IMG/VR virus record: IMGVR_UViG_3300020171_000001
Location: 64,001 to 128,000 of that record
From: a virus
Strand: one strand, 5' to 3'
Length of the DNA: 64,000 nt
A model generated the notes under the pieces. The model searched no databases and was not told the DNA's origin. It worked only from the letters and a program-made list of their open reading frames with translations. The position numbers and the translations under genes are program-made. This document shows positions 1 to 8,041 of the stretch, piece by piece (position 1 is the first letter of the stretch; each line of letters starts with the position of its first letter).

Positions 1-229
1 GGCAGCTGCCGGTCCAAACGGGAAGGTCATCTGGCCATCCCGCAAGACGGAGAGCGAGCGGCCAGCCGCCGATGCCTGCGAAGAAGTGGGCGTGCCCGTC
101 GGGGAGGTCGCTCGGCTGCACTTCGCGGATGTCTCGTTCATCGATTACCCCGACGGGCAGGTGGCCGGCGGCACACAGATTGCGGAGCCACTGCCCCGCG
201 TAGCCGTCGAACTCGTTGTAGTAAGTCAC
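1..229 (-). CDS. DNA (cytosine-5) methyltransferase, 5' part (runs off the window edge; not in the ORF track)
   Basis: Manual translation from the GTG at 229: VTYYNEFDGYAGQWLRNLCAAGHLPVGVIDERDIREVQPSDLPDGHAHFFAGIGGWPLALRLAGWPDDLPVWTGSC(P). FFAGIGG is motif I and TGSCP leads into the catalytic PCQ. The start overlaps the upstream stop (GTGA). Confidence 0.9.
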   Translation of the reverse strand, partial: MTYYNEFDGYAGQWLRNLCAAGHLPVGVIDERDIREVQPSDLPDGHAHFFAGIGGWPLALRLAGWPDDLPVWTGSC

Positions 230-354
230 GGCAGCCGCCCGCGCAGATACGCGCCGGCGAGGAGCGCCGCGCCGGCCGAGACCACGATGGCGACGAACAG
301 CATCGCGCCACCCGCCGTGCCGGCCGCCCGCGCGGCCCACCGGGCAGGGCTCAT
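226..354 (-). CDS. small membrane protein (42 aa)
   Basis: Manual translation MSPARWAARAAGTAGGAMLFVAIVVSAGAALLAGAYLRGRLP; ATGA/GTGA overlaps with both neighbours; one TM segment. Confidence 0.55.
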   Translation of the reverse strand: MSPARWAARAAGTAGGAMLFVAIVVSAGAALLAGAYLRGRLP

Positions 355-629
355 TCCGCAGCCTCGCCCGCCAGCTCGCGCAGCACGTCGAGCACCCGGC
401 CGTGCGTCTCAACGTCGAGCACCAGTACCAGCGCGCTCGAGTCGTCCAGGCCCGGCACCGACACCGCAGCGCCCGCGCCCACAAGCCGCGTGGGGCAGTG
501 CTCCAGTTGGTCTAGCGCCCACTGGGCGCGGACGCACACGGGCCGCGCCTCGAGGGTCTGCCGCAGATAGCGAGCCAGGTCCAGCGCGTCCTGGTAGGCG
601 TCCTCAAGCGCGCCGCGTGGGTCGCTCAC
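351..629 (-). CDS. hypothetical phage protein with a MazG-like acidic helix
   Basis: ALEDAYQDALDLARYLRQ resembles the 'AYEEALDLAxYL' helix of small phage all-alpha NTP-pyrophosphatase-like proteins; coupled to neighbours. Confidence 0.5.
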   Translation of the reverse strand: MSDPRGALEDAYQDALDLARYLRQTLEARPVCVRAQWALDQLEHCPTRLVGAGAAVSVPGLDDSSALVLVLDVETHGRVLDVLRELAGEAAE

Positions 630-847
630 CGCCGGCTCGCCGGGGGCGGCGAGTCGTCCAGGATATCGGCCACCGCCGCGTGGGTCGCGGCGACCTGGCC
701 CGCCCGCGCGGCGACCTGCGCCGTGAGGTCAGCGGTCAACGCGGTCACGTCCACCGGGTGTCCGGCGGCGCGAGCCATCTCGATGATGTCGGAGACCAGC
801 CCGGCGGCTACCTGCACCGCCGTTACGAGGATGCTTGCCCAGTGCAT
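626..847 (-). CDS. hypothetical protein
   Basis: 73 aa with a hydrophobic N-terminus; 4-nt overlap with the next gene; GAGG RBS. Confidence 0.65.
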   Translation of the reverse strand: MHWASILVTAVQVAAGLVSDIIEMARAAGHPVDVTALTADLTAQVAARAGQVAATHAAVADILDDSPPPASRR

Positions 848-850
848 GCG

Positions 851-1438
851 TCACCTCCCCAGAGGCGGGGGCAGGGTGAGCCCCCACTGTTTCGCCAGCG
901 CCAGCCCGTGCTCGTATGCCGCCAGCGCGACCGAAAGATACCCCGCCGCTGCCGGCGAGTCAACAGCCGCAAGAGGGATGCCTACCAATAACGCCCGGTC
1001 CACGGTGTCCAGCGCGTTGCGGTAGCCGTCGAGCGCCCGCAAGCACTTCGCGGCGCCGGGGCACTGCGCGAGCGGCACGCTCTGGCCGGGGACGGCGCAC
1101 TTGCTCGCCTCGGCCTTGCATGCGAGGTCGAGCACCGGGTAGCCGCGCGTCCACGCGATAGAGCTGCCCTGCGCCGTGATGCTCATGCGCTGGAGCGTGC
1201 TCGTACCGCAGCCCGTTGCTCCGACGGAGAGCAGGCCGACGAGGGCCACGGTCCACAATAGGCCCTGCGTCGTGATGGCCCGCAAGAACACGAACACAGC
1301 CGTGGACGTGATGCCGACGATGGTGGTCTTCGACGCGCCGTTGACCCATGCCTCCATGACGGTCAACAGCAACGTGGCGACGGCGGCCCAGAGGGTGCGT
1401 GAGCGATACCAGGGTTTCGAGGTTGCAGCCGGTTCCAT
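851..1438 (-). CDS. holin-like membrane protein fused to a lipoprotein-like domain
   Basis: KPWYRSRTLW start, 2-3 TM segments, then LLSVGATG-C lipobox-like site and a Cys-containing helical domain; GGAGG RBS. Confidence 0.55.
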   Translation of the reverse strand: MEPAATSKPWYRSRTLWAAVATLLLTVMEAWVNGASKTTIVGITSTAVFVFLRAITTQGLLWTVALVGLLSVGATGCGTSTLQRMSITAQGSSIAWTRGYPVLDLACKAEASKCAVPGQSVPLAQCPGAAKCLRALDGYRNALDTVDRALLVGIPLAAVDSPAAAGYLSVALAAYEHGLALAKQWGLTLPPPLGR

Positions 1439-1451
1439 GAGAGTGCCTCCC

Positions 1452-1748
1452 TTACAGCTTGTTGCGCAGGTCGATTGCCTGCAGCGTTACCACGCCGATA
1501 ATGCGCCTGGCGATGGCCGCCCACGCTATCGCGGCCTGGGCTTTGTTCTTCGCCAGTGCGCACTCGCCGCTCACGATGGGCAGCGCGTCCCGCGCTCGCA
1601 GTGCCCCCGTGTCCACGAGCGCCACGCACAGCGGCGACCCGCTATTGCGGGCCATGCCGCGCGCGGCCATGAGCAAGTCTTTGGGGAGCGTGCCGCCGAG
1701 CGCGTCCACCAGCACACAGGAGTCGTCACCGCAGAACCGCTTGCTCAT
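1452..1748 (-). CDS. hypothetical protein, degenerate MshEN/GspE-N-like
   Basis: ARNSGSPLCVALVDTGAL resembles the second half of an MshEN repeat; coupled to neighbours. Confidence 0.45.
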   Translation of the reverse strand: MSKRFCGDDSCVLVDALGGTLPKDLLMAARGMARNSGSPLCVALVDTGALRARDALPIVSGECALAKNKAQAAIAWAAIARRIIGVVTLQAIDLRNKL

Positions 1749-2029
1749 TTTCGCCTCGTCCCCCCGGGCAGAATTTGGCTTGTGCTCATGCGGGCGGCGT
1801 CGCGGGCCATCCCCGCCGCGCGGCCCGGCGAGGCGCCCGCCGTTCGGATGCGTTCGATCCCTTCAACGATGGCGGCGCCCGTCGTGTATCCCAGGGCGAT
1901 AAGCGCCTGCACATCGGTGATTTTCTCGGCCACGGCATAGGCCATGGCGCGCACGACCTGCGACTCGGAGACCACGCCGACGTCTATCAGCGCGGCGAGA
2001 AGCCCCGCTGGGATCGCGCTACCGCTCAT
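1745..2029 (-). CDS. hypothetical protein, degenerate MshEN/GspE-N-like
   Basis: LLAALIDVGVVSESQVVRAM...QALIALGYTT matches the LxxxLxxxGxxSxxQxxxAL...LxxLGYxT periodicity. Confidence 0.5.
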   Translation of the reverse strand: MSGSAIPAGLLAALIDVGVVSESQVVRAMAYAVAEKITDVQALIALGYTTGAAIVEGIERIRTAGASPGRAAGMARDAARMSTSQILPGGTRRK

Positions 2030-2225
2030 CGTCCACCCGCCGCTCGACGCGCCGAAGCGTTTCCGCCACTTCGATCTGGGATTTGATGCTGGCGGTGGAC
2101 AGTTCCATGAGGGCCTTCGTCAAGTCCTTGATGGTCGCGAGCGCTTGCAGATACAGGTAGAGGAGCACGGCACCCAGAACGTAGCCGCCGCCGAGCTTGA
2201 GCAGTGAGAGCGTGAGCGTTTCCAA
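2019..2225 (-). CDS. putative holin-like small membrane protein
   Basis: 68 aa; N-terminal TM (GGGYVLGAVLLYLYL) followed by a coiled coil and charged tail. Confidence 0.55.
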   Translation of the reverse strand: METLTLSLLKLGGGYVLGAVLLYLYLQALATIKDLTKALMELSTASIKSQIEVAETLRRVERRVDDER

Positions 2226-2250
2226 TGGGCGTGCCTATCCTGTCTCCGCG

Positions 2251-2997
2251 CTACAGTGCGATCACGCGCGCCTTGTTGAACGTGCCGACGCACCCGAGAT
2301 TCGCGCCATAAGTGTAGCTCACGAGCGCGACGAGCCGGCCGCCTGGCGTGAACGTCACATCGCTTTCGACCAGCGTCCACGTCCAATCGGTCATGGCGGG
2401 CTCGGACCCCAGCGCGTTGGCGCTGCGTCCCCAATAGATCGCTGGCCACTTGCACATCAACGCGAGCCAGTAGTTGTCCTGCGCTACCGCGGTGAGTCCC
2501 ACCTCCGCGCCGGTGTTGTGCCCGCTGAGAACCTGGAGCGCGGCGGCGCCATTGCGCCTCAACTGCGCGTGGTAATACTCGCTGCGATCTGCCGCGTCGT
2601 AGACCGTGAGGCCGACGACTTTCTCGTTGCCGGCGGGGAGAGCGCAGTGAGCATATGCGATGAAATCGCCGTCGCTCGGAACAGGCAGAAAAGCGAACGG
2701 CGCGTTGTAGTTCGCGCTGGGCTTGTGCCAGTCGTAGGTCGCGCCAGGGATGGCCGTGACCACATACCCGCCCGCCGAGTCGGCGAACGTCCCCGGGCCG
2801 GGGCCGGGCGTCTCCGTCCAGTCGGAGATGTGCGCAGACACCAACTCGTCTGTGTAGCCCGTCAGCAACCGCGTCCCGTCGTAGACGAGCTTGCCGCGCT
2901 TGGGGCGGTACTTGGCGGAGATTTCAGCGCCCGTGGGTTGGACCGCCGCCCCGATCAGCGTTTGGTTTGCCGCGGTCAGTGTGTATTCGATAGGCAT
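2251..2997 (-). CDS. putative virion/fibre-associated beta-rich (lectin-like) protein
   Basis: 248 aa, aromatic- and beta-rich, GGAGG RBS, in an operon with fibre-like genes. Confidence 0.5.
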   Translation of the reverse strand: MPIEYTLTAANQTLIGAAVQPTGAEISAKYRPKRGKLVYDGTRLLTGYTDELVSAHISDWTETPGPGPGTFADSAGGYVVTAIPGATYDWHKPSANYNAPFAFLPVPSDGDFIAYAHCALPAGNEKVVGLTVYDAADRSEYYHAQLRRNGAAALQVLSGHNTGAEVGLTAVAQDNYWLALMCKWPAIYWGRSANALGSEPAMTDWTWTLVESDVTFTPGGRLVALVSYTYGANLGCVGTFNKARVIAL

Positions 2998-3000
2998 GGG

Positions 3001-3234
3001 CTAGCCCTCCAGGTCCAGGTGAGAGATCGTGCCGTCGGCGCCGCGCTGGCCCCACTTCCCCGCGTCGGCGTCGTATGCCACGCCAGCGCCAACGCCTGTC
3101 ACGAGGCGCAGCTTGGCGATTTCGAGTTGCGCCTCTTGCAGTGCGATGGCGGCTTGGTTCTCGAGGTCGCGTGCGTGCGTGAGCTTGTCCATCACGCCGG
3201 CGGCCTCCTTCTCGGTGGGGTGTCGCGGCTTCAC
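3001..3234 (-). CDS. hypothetical coiled-coil protein (possible fibre chaperone)
   Basis: 77 aa, helical then YDADAGKW; coupled with the upstream ORF. Confidence 0.6.
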   Translation of the reverse strand: MKPRHPTEKEAAGVMDKLTHARDLENQAAIALQEAQLEIAKLRLVTGVGAGVAYDADAGKWGQRGADGTISHLDLEG

Positions 3235-3485
3235 GGCTTCACCGCCTTGTCTACCCGCGGCAGGCCGGCGGTCAGATCGCCAACGGCCGAGAGCACAGAG
3301 GCGTGGAGCACGGCGTTGCGCACCCGCGTGAACGCCGTGCCATCGAGCTGTACGAGGATCTCCTCGGGCACGGGGCCGTCGGTGTCCAGTGCGAGGCGCA
3401 TCTCGCCGCTGCGCAGGTCCACCGTTACCGCGACGATATCAGCCGTAGTAATGTTCCCATCTATGGCTTTGCGAATTTTGCCCAT
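3231..3485 (-). CDS. hypothetical protein
   Basis: 84 aa, AAGGA RBS, operonic spacing. Confidence 0.65.
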   Translation of the reverse strand: MGKIRKAIDGNITTADIVAVTVDLRSGEMRLALDTDGPVPEEILVQLDGTAFTRVRNAVLHASVLSAVGDLTAGLPRVDKAVKP

Positions 3486-3495
3486 GGCTCAATCC

Positions 3496-4743
3496 TTAGG
3501 TTGCGCTGATAGCCGCGCCGAGCGGGATGCGGAGCAGTGCCACTCCAGTGTCCACGTACAGGCACGGCAGCCCACCGTTGCCGTTCGAGCAATAGCCAAT
3601 GCGCCCGGCAAGGGCCGGCGTCGGCGCCGCTGCCACCGAAACGGATGGGATCATCATGCCCTTGGTGAACACCGCCCAGAGCATCGTGCGGGCGTCGGCG
3701 TTGTTGACCCAACTTGCCTCGGCAACGATGAAGTTGTCGTCGATGCTGGCGAGGTTCGCGTCGTAGGTCAGCGCGACGGCGCGCTGGTAGGCGACGTTCG
3801 ACCGGCCCGCGTTGACGATCTCAATGACCTCGTTGGTGGAGGTCTTCATCGTGGTGGCGGTGGACAGCCCGGTAGCGTTGTTCACCCGCGCCAGGGTCAT
3901 CTGCCCACTGACGTAGACCGCTGGGACGTACAGTCCGCCGGCCAGGAGCGACATCACCGTGGCGAACGCGCCAGCGCCGGTCTGGTACTCCCAGACGAGG
4001 TCCACCGCCCCCGTCGCATTCTGCCGGGCCAGGCCGTAGCAGCGCCACGCGCAGCCGACCGACGAGCCCGAGCCGGTGGCCCACGCCCGCCCACGCCAGG
4101 CCAAGCCGGGGGTATACTGGTCCACGCCGACTGTGGCAGGCTCGGTGTTGTCGAGCGAGATGTGCGTGGCCGGCGTCTCGCCGGTGGCCCATGCGCGCTG
4201 GGAATTGACCCAGGCGCCACCTGTGTAGATAGGAACGTCGCCGGCAGCTGGAGACGCCGTTGGCGGGCGCACGGCCCCGGCTGCATCTGCCCCGATGTCC
4301 CCGGGGGACAGGGCCTGCCCGCCGCCCGTGGAATAGACAGCCTTGGCAGGGGCATTGCTCGCGGGAAGCTGCTTCGAGGCGTCCAGGGGGGCGTAGCCGT
4401 TGGCGCTGTCCTTGTTGGCCGTCTGCTCGAAGTCGGCTGCGGCGCGTGTCACGATGTCGCCCGCCCCCGTGTGCTCCGCGCCGTTGATCGCGTGCGACTT
4501 CGGGTCGCGCTTGTCGGTGGGCGCATCGGCGCCGATGGCCGAACGCCCGTCGGCTGCGCTGGCAGCCGTGACGAGCGCGCGGCCCACCACGGTCTGCCCG
4601 TGAGCCGCGATGGACCCGTTGTGGCTACTGATACTTGCAGAGGCCTCTGCCTCGGACGACAGGAGTTCGCCGATCTGGGCCTCGAGTTCGACTTGGCTCG
4701 CGGCCGCGGGCGCCGAACCAGATCCGTAGTAGGTGTAGGACAT
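3496..4743 (-). CDS. tail/head fibre-like protein
   Basis: Ala/Gly/Thr-rich; ANKDSANGYAPLDASKQLP is a motif common in phage fibres; GGAG RBS. Confidence 0.65.
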   Translation of the reverse strand: MSYTYYGSGSAPAAASQVELEAQIGELLSSEAEASASISSHNGSIAAHGQTVVGRALVTAASAADGRSAIGADAPTDKRDPKSHAINGAEHTGAGDIVTRAAADFEQTANKDSANGYAPLDASKQLPASNAPAKAVYSTGGGQALSPGDIGADAAGAVRPPTASPAAGDVPIYTGGAWVNSQRAWATGETPATHISLDNTEPATVGVDQYTPGLAWRGRAWATGSGSSVGCAWRCYGLARQNATGAVDLVWEYQTGAGAFATVMSLLAGGLYVPAVYVSGQMTLARVNNATGLSTATTMKTSTNEVIEIVNAGRSNVAYQRAVALTYDANLASIDDNFIVAEASWVNNADARTMLWAVFTKGMMIPSVSVAAAPTPALAGRIGYCSNGNGGLPCLYVDTGVALLRIPLGAAISAT

Positions 4744-4752
4744 GCTGTTCTC

Positions 4753-5138
4753 CTAGACCCGGATGGCGATTAGCACGGTGAGCGAACCGATCCCTGCAGC
4801 CGGGGTGTAGACCACGCGGAGATACGAAGCCGCAGTGGCCACATCATCAGCGATGTGGCCGAAAATGCTGCCAGCCGCGACGGCCTGGCTTCCCTTGGTC
4901 TCCCAGTGCGAACCGTCCAGGGAGAACCGTCCAGGGAGACCTCCCAGGTGACATCCCCCTGGTGCGTCGGGACGGCGGGCGGGTCAGGGGCGACGGCCAC
5001 GGAGAAAAACTGGAAGCAGAGGCGGCGAACTGGCTGACCGGCTTCATCTGGGTTTCCCAGGATAACCGTCGGGGACGTGATGATACCGGACATGTCGCCG
5101 GAGTCGACGAGTGTTCTTTGGCCAGGCGTGGGGGGCAT
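4753..5138 (-). pseudogene. beta-sandwich virion-type protein frameshifted by a 14-bp tandem duplication
   Basis: AACCGTCCAGGGAG is duplicated at 4911-4924/4925-4938. Removing one copy restores WEVSLDGSHWETKG...SYLRVVYTPAAGIGSLTVLIAIRV*, ending at 4753 next to the RBS of the fibre gene. Confidence 0.75.
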
Positions 5139-5187
5139 CTTGGGGCTCCTTCCCTGATATCAGTTCCCAAGATACCACAGAGGAGAA

Positions 5188-5640
5188 TTACAAACGGACC
5201 TCGCGTGCGCGCCGGAGCAAGGACAGGACCGGAGGACTCGAGTCGACGGGGAGCAGGGGATGAACTGCCGCGTTCAGGGCACTGTCATCTGCCAGACGGG
5301 CCAGAGCATCACCGTGGCAGGCCCGCGGAGCACACCAGCATCCAAGGACCTTTCCGCGAAGACCTGATAGCGTTGCCATGATGCGCGGCTGCGTCACAAC
5401 CCATTGAGCATAGCGTTGGATGGCCTCAGCCCGTGTTCGCACGCGGTACTGCGCCAGGGTTCCAGGGCAATGGGAAAACGGATTGCCGTACAGCGAAGGC
5501 CGGCCTATGTACACATCGTAGGCTTCGTGCCGGCAATTGACCACGCGGGTCGACGGCTGCGTGCCCTGCGAGTACTCCATGCAGTCAACGGGCATGACTG
5601 CGGAATCGCGCGACGGGCCAGGGCCCTGAGCAGAGCACAA
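5188..5640 (-). CDS. DUF4326 domain protein
   Basis: RVVNC..YDVYIGRPSLYGNPF ... LRGKVLGCWCAPRACHGDAL signature; the true start may be downstream. Confidence 0.85.
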   Translation of the reverse strand: MCSAQGPGPSRDSAVMPVDCMEYSQGTQPSTRVVNCRHEAYDVYIGRPSLYGNPFSHCPGTLAQYRVRTRAEAIQRYAQWVVTQPRIMATLSGLRGKVLGCWCAPRACHGDALARLADDSALNAAVHPLLPVDSSPPVLSLLRRAREVRL

Positions 5641-5667
5641 GGGATGCGGACAGAACCCGCATGGACT

Positions 5668-6099
5668 TCATGACTCAGGCCCGCCCGCCAGTGGGCAATC
5701 GTGGCAGCCCCAGCGGCGCCAGTGCGCCTGCACGGCGTAATCAAGGCACGCTTTGCGATGTACGCAGGTTTCCTCTCGGGTAACAGGCCTGCTCATACAA
5801 AGATCCGGCGTTTCGGCCGGCGCTGGTCGGGCTCTCGCAGGGAGGTCAAATGCTACGACGTCCCGGGCCGGGCCATGCGTCCAACACCCGTGGCTTACTC
5901 GGTGAGCTTGCCTCCGTCGCTGGAGGCGCTCCATGGCACTGGTGAATTGTCCTTGTGTCAGGCCGGCAAGACCACGAAGGCGGAGTCCACGGACGGGCTT
6001 CGAACTCTGCTTGAGAGCAGCAAGGATGCACCGGTCAGCTTCGCTACGTCTCAGGGCCCCTGCAGGTGCTCTGGAGGCGCCTTGGAGAGTTCTATCCAC
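5668..6099 (-). CDS. putative DNA-binding protein (winged helix plus Cys-rich C-terminus)
   Basis: ILAALKQ...LRGLAGLTQGQFTSAMERLQRR..AHRVSHGCW wHTH pattern; CVHRKACLDYA...CHDC metal-binding-like tail. Confidence 0.5.
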   Translation of the reverse strand: MDRTLQGASRAPAGALRRSEADRCILAALKQSSKPVRGLRLRGLAGLTQGQFTSAMERLQRRRQAHRVSHGCWTHGPARDVVAFDLPARARPAPAETPDLCMSRPVTREETCVHRKACLDYAVQAHWRRWGCHDCPLAGGPES

Positions 6100-6107
6100 G
6101 GCCCGTG

Positions 6108-6136
6108 AAGTTAACGTGGCAGGCCTGCCGGGTCAA
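6108..6136 (-). promoter_or_regulatory. sigma70-like promoter
   Basis: TTGACC-N17-TAACTT, 8 nt upstream of the GTG at 6099. Confidence 0.55.
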
Positions 6137-6161
6137 GCAGAATCCAAGCAGAATCCGGGTT

Positions 6162-6479
6162 TCAGCCCAGAGTCACCGTGAGCAGTGTAGCTAGTCCAAC
6201 AGCGATGGGCAACGCGGCGAGCGTGGTCCACTCGTCGGTCCGTAGGGTATTCGAGCCATCGATGAATACCGTGGTCGTGGCCAGCTCCCAACGTACCCGA
6301 GTGAAGGTGAGCTTCTGGTCCTGGAAGTTGACCGGGGTCGGGCCGACGACCAGGGTCCCGTTGGCCTGCCGGGTGACGATCTGGAAGGAGAAGGTCCCGT
6401 GGGCCGCTGCGACCTGCTTGGACGCGCTGGTCTGATCCGCTGCCATGGACACGCTGTTCAGGAAGCAAAAGGCTGGCAT
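6162..6479 (-). CDS. hypothetical protein
   Basis: 105 aa, GGAGGA RBS, extended -10 (TGcTACACT) upstream. Confidence 0.7.
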   Translation of the reverse strand: MPAFCFLNSVSMAADQTSASKQVAAAHGTFSFQIVTRQANGTLVVGPTPVNFQDQKLTFTRVRWELATTTVFIDGSNTLRTDEWTTLAALPIAVGLATLLTVTLG

Positions 6480-6540
6480 GCTGATTGGTCCTCCGGCTAA
6501 ACGCTAGTCGAGGAGTGTAGCATAAACCAATGAGAGATTC

Positions 6541-7461
6541 TCAAGCAGCTTGAGCCATGATTTCCTGGAACCACCGGGTGGACCAGAGAGGCTCGCCATC
6601 CGGGCGCCATGCCTGCGGGATGAAGAGGCCCTTCTTGGTCTGCTCCTCCACGATCATGTCCGGGACACCAAGTTCCCGGGCCACGACGCGCAGGGGCGCT
6701 TTGCAGTACTCAGATGTGACTCGCTCGTCGGGGAACAGACGACCGGCTGCCTCGCGCACCATCGGGTGCCCGAAGGGGAAACGTACCTCGGCGCCGAAGG
6801 CCTGGAGGCACGCGGTCTCGTTGACCAGGAGCGGGGGCAGGCCATGATGGAGGTCCACTAGCCGGGCCATCTCCACGGCAGACGTTACGTTGGCTGCGTG
6901 TTTGTCGATCAGCTCGTAGGCCTCTGCGGTGGGGACCGTGCGAGCGATCATTCGGGCCGCTGCGTCCCGCGGGCCGTCAATGCCCAGCACGTGCCGGATG
7001 ATCCCTTTGTAGGCCACGAGGCGGTAGTCCGCGAAGATCTTGTCGAGGTAGTGCAGCACGCGGTAGCGTGTGTAGCCACCGAACAGCTCGTCGGCGCACT
7101 CACCGGTGAGCAGGACTTCGATGCCGTCAGCCTGCGCTCGCCGAGCCGCGAACCACTGGCACACCTGGGACCACGAACCGGTCCCATGGGTGAGCCGGTA
7201 GACTTCTGGAAGCGCGTCAAGCATCTCCTCGCGGGAGAAGGTCACTTCGGTGACCGGAAAGCCACGGGCGGCCAGCCGAGCCGCTGTGATGTTGTCCTGC
7301 TCGGGCCAGGTCACGCAGTAGAGGTGGTCAAGTCGGGCGATAGCCTGGATGATGGCCGAGTCGAGGCCACCCGAGAGCAGTAGGCCAGTGCCACTCGGGC
7401 CCTGCGGCGCGATAGACTCTTGCACTGCGGTGGCCAACGCCTTCGAGATGCTTTGGTGCAT
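6541..7461 (-). CDS. asparagine synthetase-like ATP-dependent amide ligase (synthetase domain only)
   Basis: LLLSGGLDS PP-loop, TGECADELFGGY, EVRFPF, KAPLR, KKG. No N-terminal Cys glutaminase domain. Start set at the ATG with GAGGAGG RBS. Confidence 0.85.
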   Translation of the reverse strand: MHQSISKALATAVQESIAPQGPSGTGLLLSGGLDSAIIQAIARLDHLYCVTWPEQDNITAARLAARGFPVTEVTFSREEMLDALPEVYRLTHGTGSWSQVCQWFAARRAQADGIEVLLTGECADELFGGYTRYRVLHYLDKIFADYRLVAYKGIIRHVLGIDGPRDAAARMIARTVPTAEAYELIDKHAANVTSAVEMARLVDLHHGLPPLLVNETACLQAFGAEVRFPFGHPMVREAAGRLFPDERVTSEYCKAPLRVVARELGVPDMIVEEQTKKGLFIPQAWRPDGEPLWSTRWFQEIMAQAA

Positions 7462-7495
7462 TCTGCCTGCCTCCTCTACGCACCGATCTGTGCGC

Positions 7496-8041
7496 CTACG
7501 GATTTGCGTTTTCGTGAGGGTAGCTATGGCCATGGCGCGGGTCTCGACCGAGAAACCCTGTGAGGTCCCCAAGCTTGTCCTTGGCGTCAAGCGGTAGGAC
7601 AAGAAGTTTGTCCTTGCCTGCTCTTCTGAAGCAGCGGCGGACGCAGTCCTCGTGCTGGTCGAAGATGTCCCCGAACTGCCCACGGTGGAACCGCCGGGTG
7701 CCGAAAGTGCTCATGTTGCTGAGGTGCGTGTCAGGGTCATCGCTGGCCACCCGGTGCGCCTCCCACCACCGCTCGCAGGAGTCCAGCCAAGTCTCGCGCT
7801 GGCGGGTCGTGAGAATGAATTGGCTCTTGGGGTAGACGCGATCGAGATGCCGGTAGTAGCGAGTGCCGAAGTGGACCAGAGCATCCCAGGTATCAGGTTG
7901 CCAAGTGAAGTTCGCCTCTTCCAAGACCTGCTTGTAGAAGCCGAAGGGGTTGTGGATCACCCGGAGGTCGAAGCTCTCCAGTGCTTTGGCCAAGCTCACT
8001 GTTCCCGTCTTGGGCAGGCCGATGCCGAAGATCTTGCTCAT
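7496..8041 (-). CDS. sulfotransferase family protein
   Basis: KIFGIGLPKTGTVSLAKAL PAPS-binding loop; YPKSQFILTTR..WLDS. Confidence 0.85.
   Translation of the reverse strand: MSKIFGIGLPKTGTVSLAKALESFDLRVIHNPFGFYKQVLEEANFTWQPDTWDALVHFGTRYYRHLDRVYPKSQFILTTRQRETWLDSCERWWEAHRVASDDPDTHLSNMSTFGTRRFHRGQFGDIFDQHEDCVRRCFRRAGKDKLLVLPLDAKDKLGDLTGFLGRDPRHGHSYPHENANP

Noticed and set aside
2197-4773. 858-aa plus-strand ORF
   Set aside because: Antisense shadow of four well-formed minus-strand genes; Arg/Gly/Val-rich with no motifs, typical of high-GC DNA
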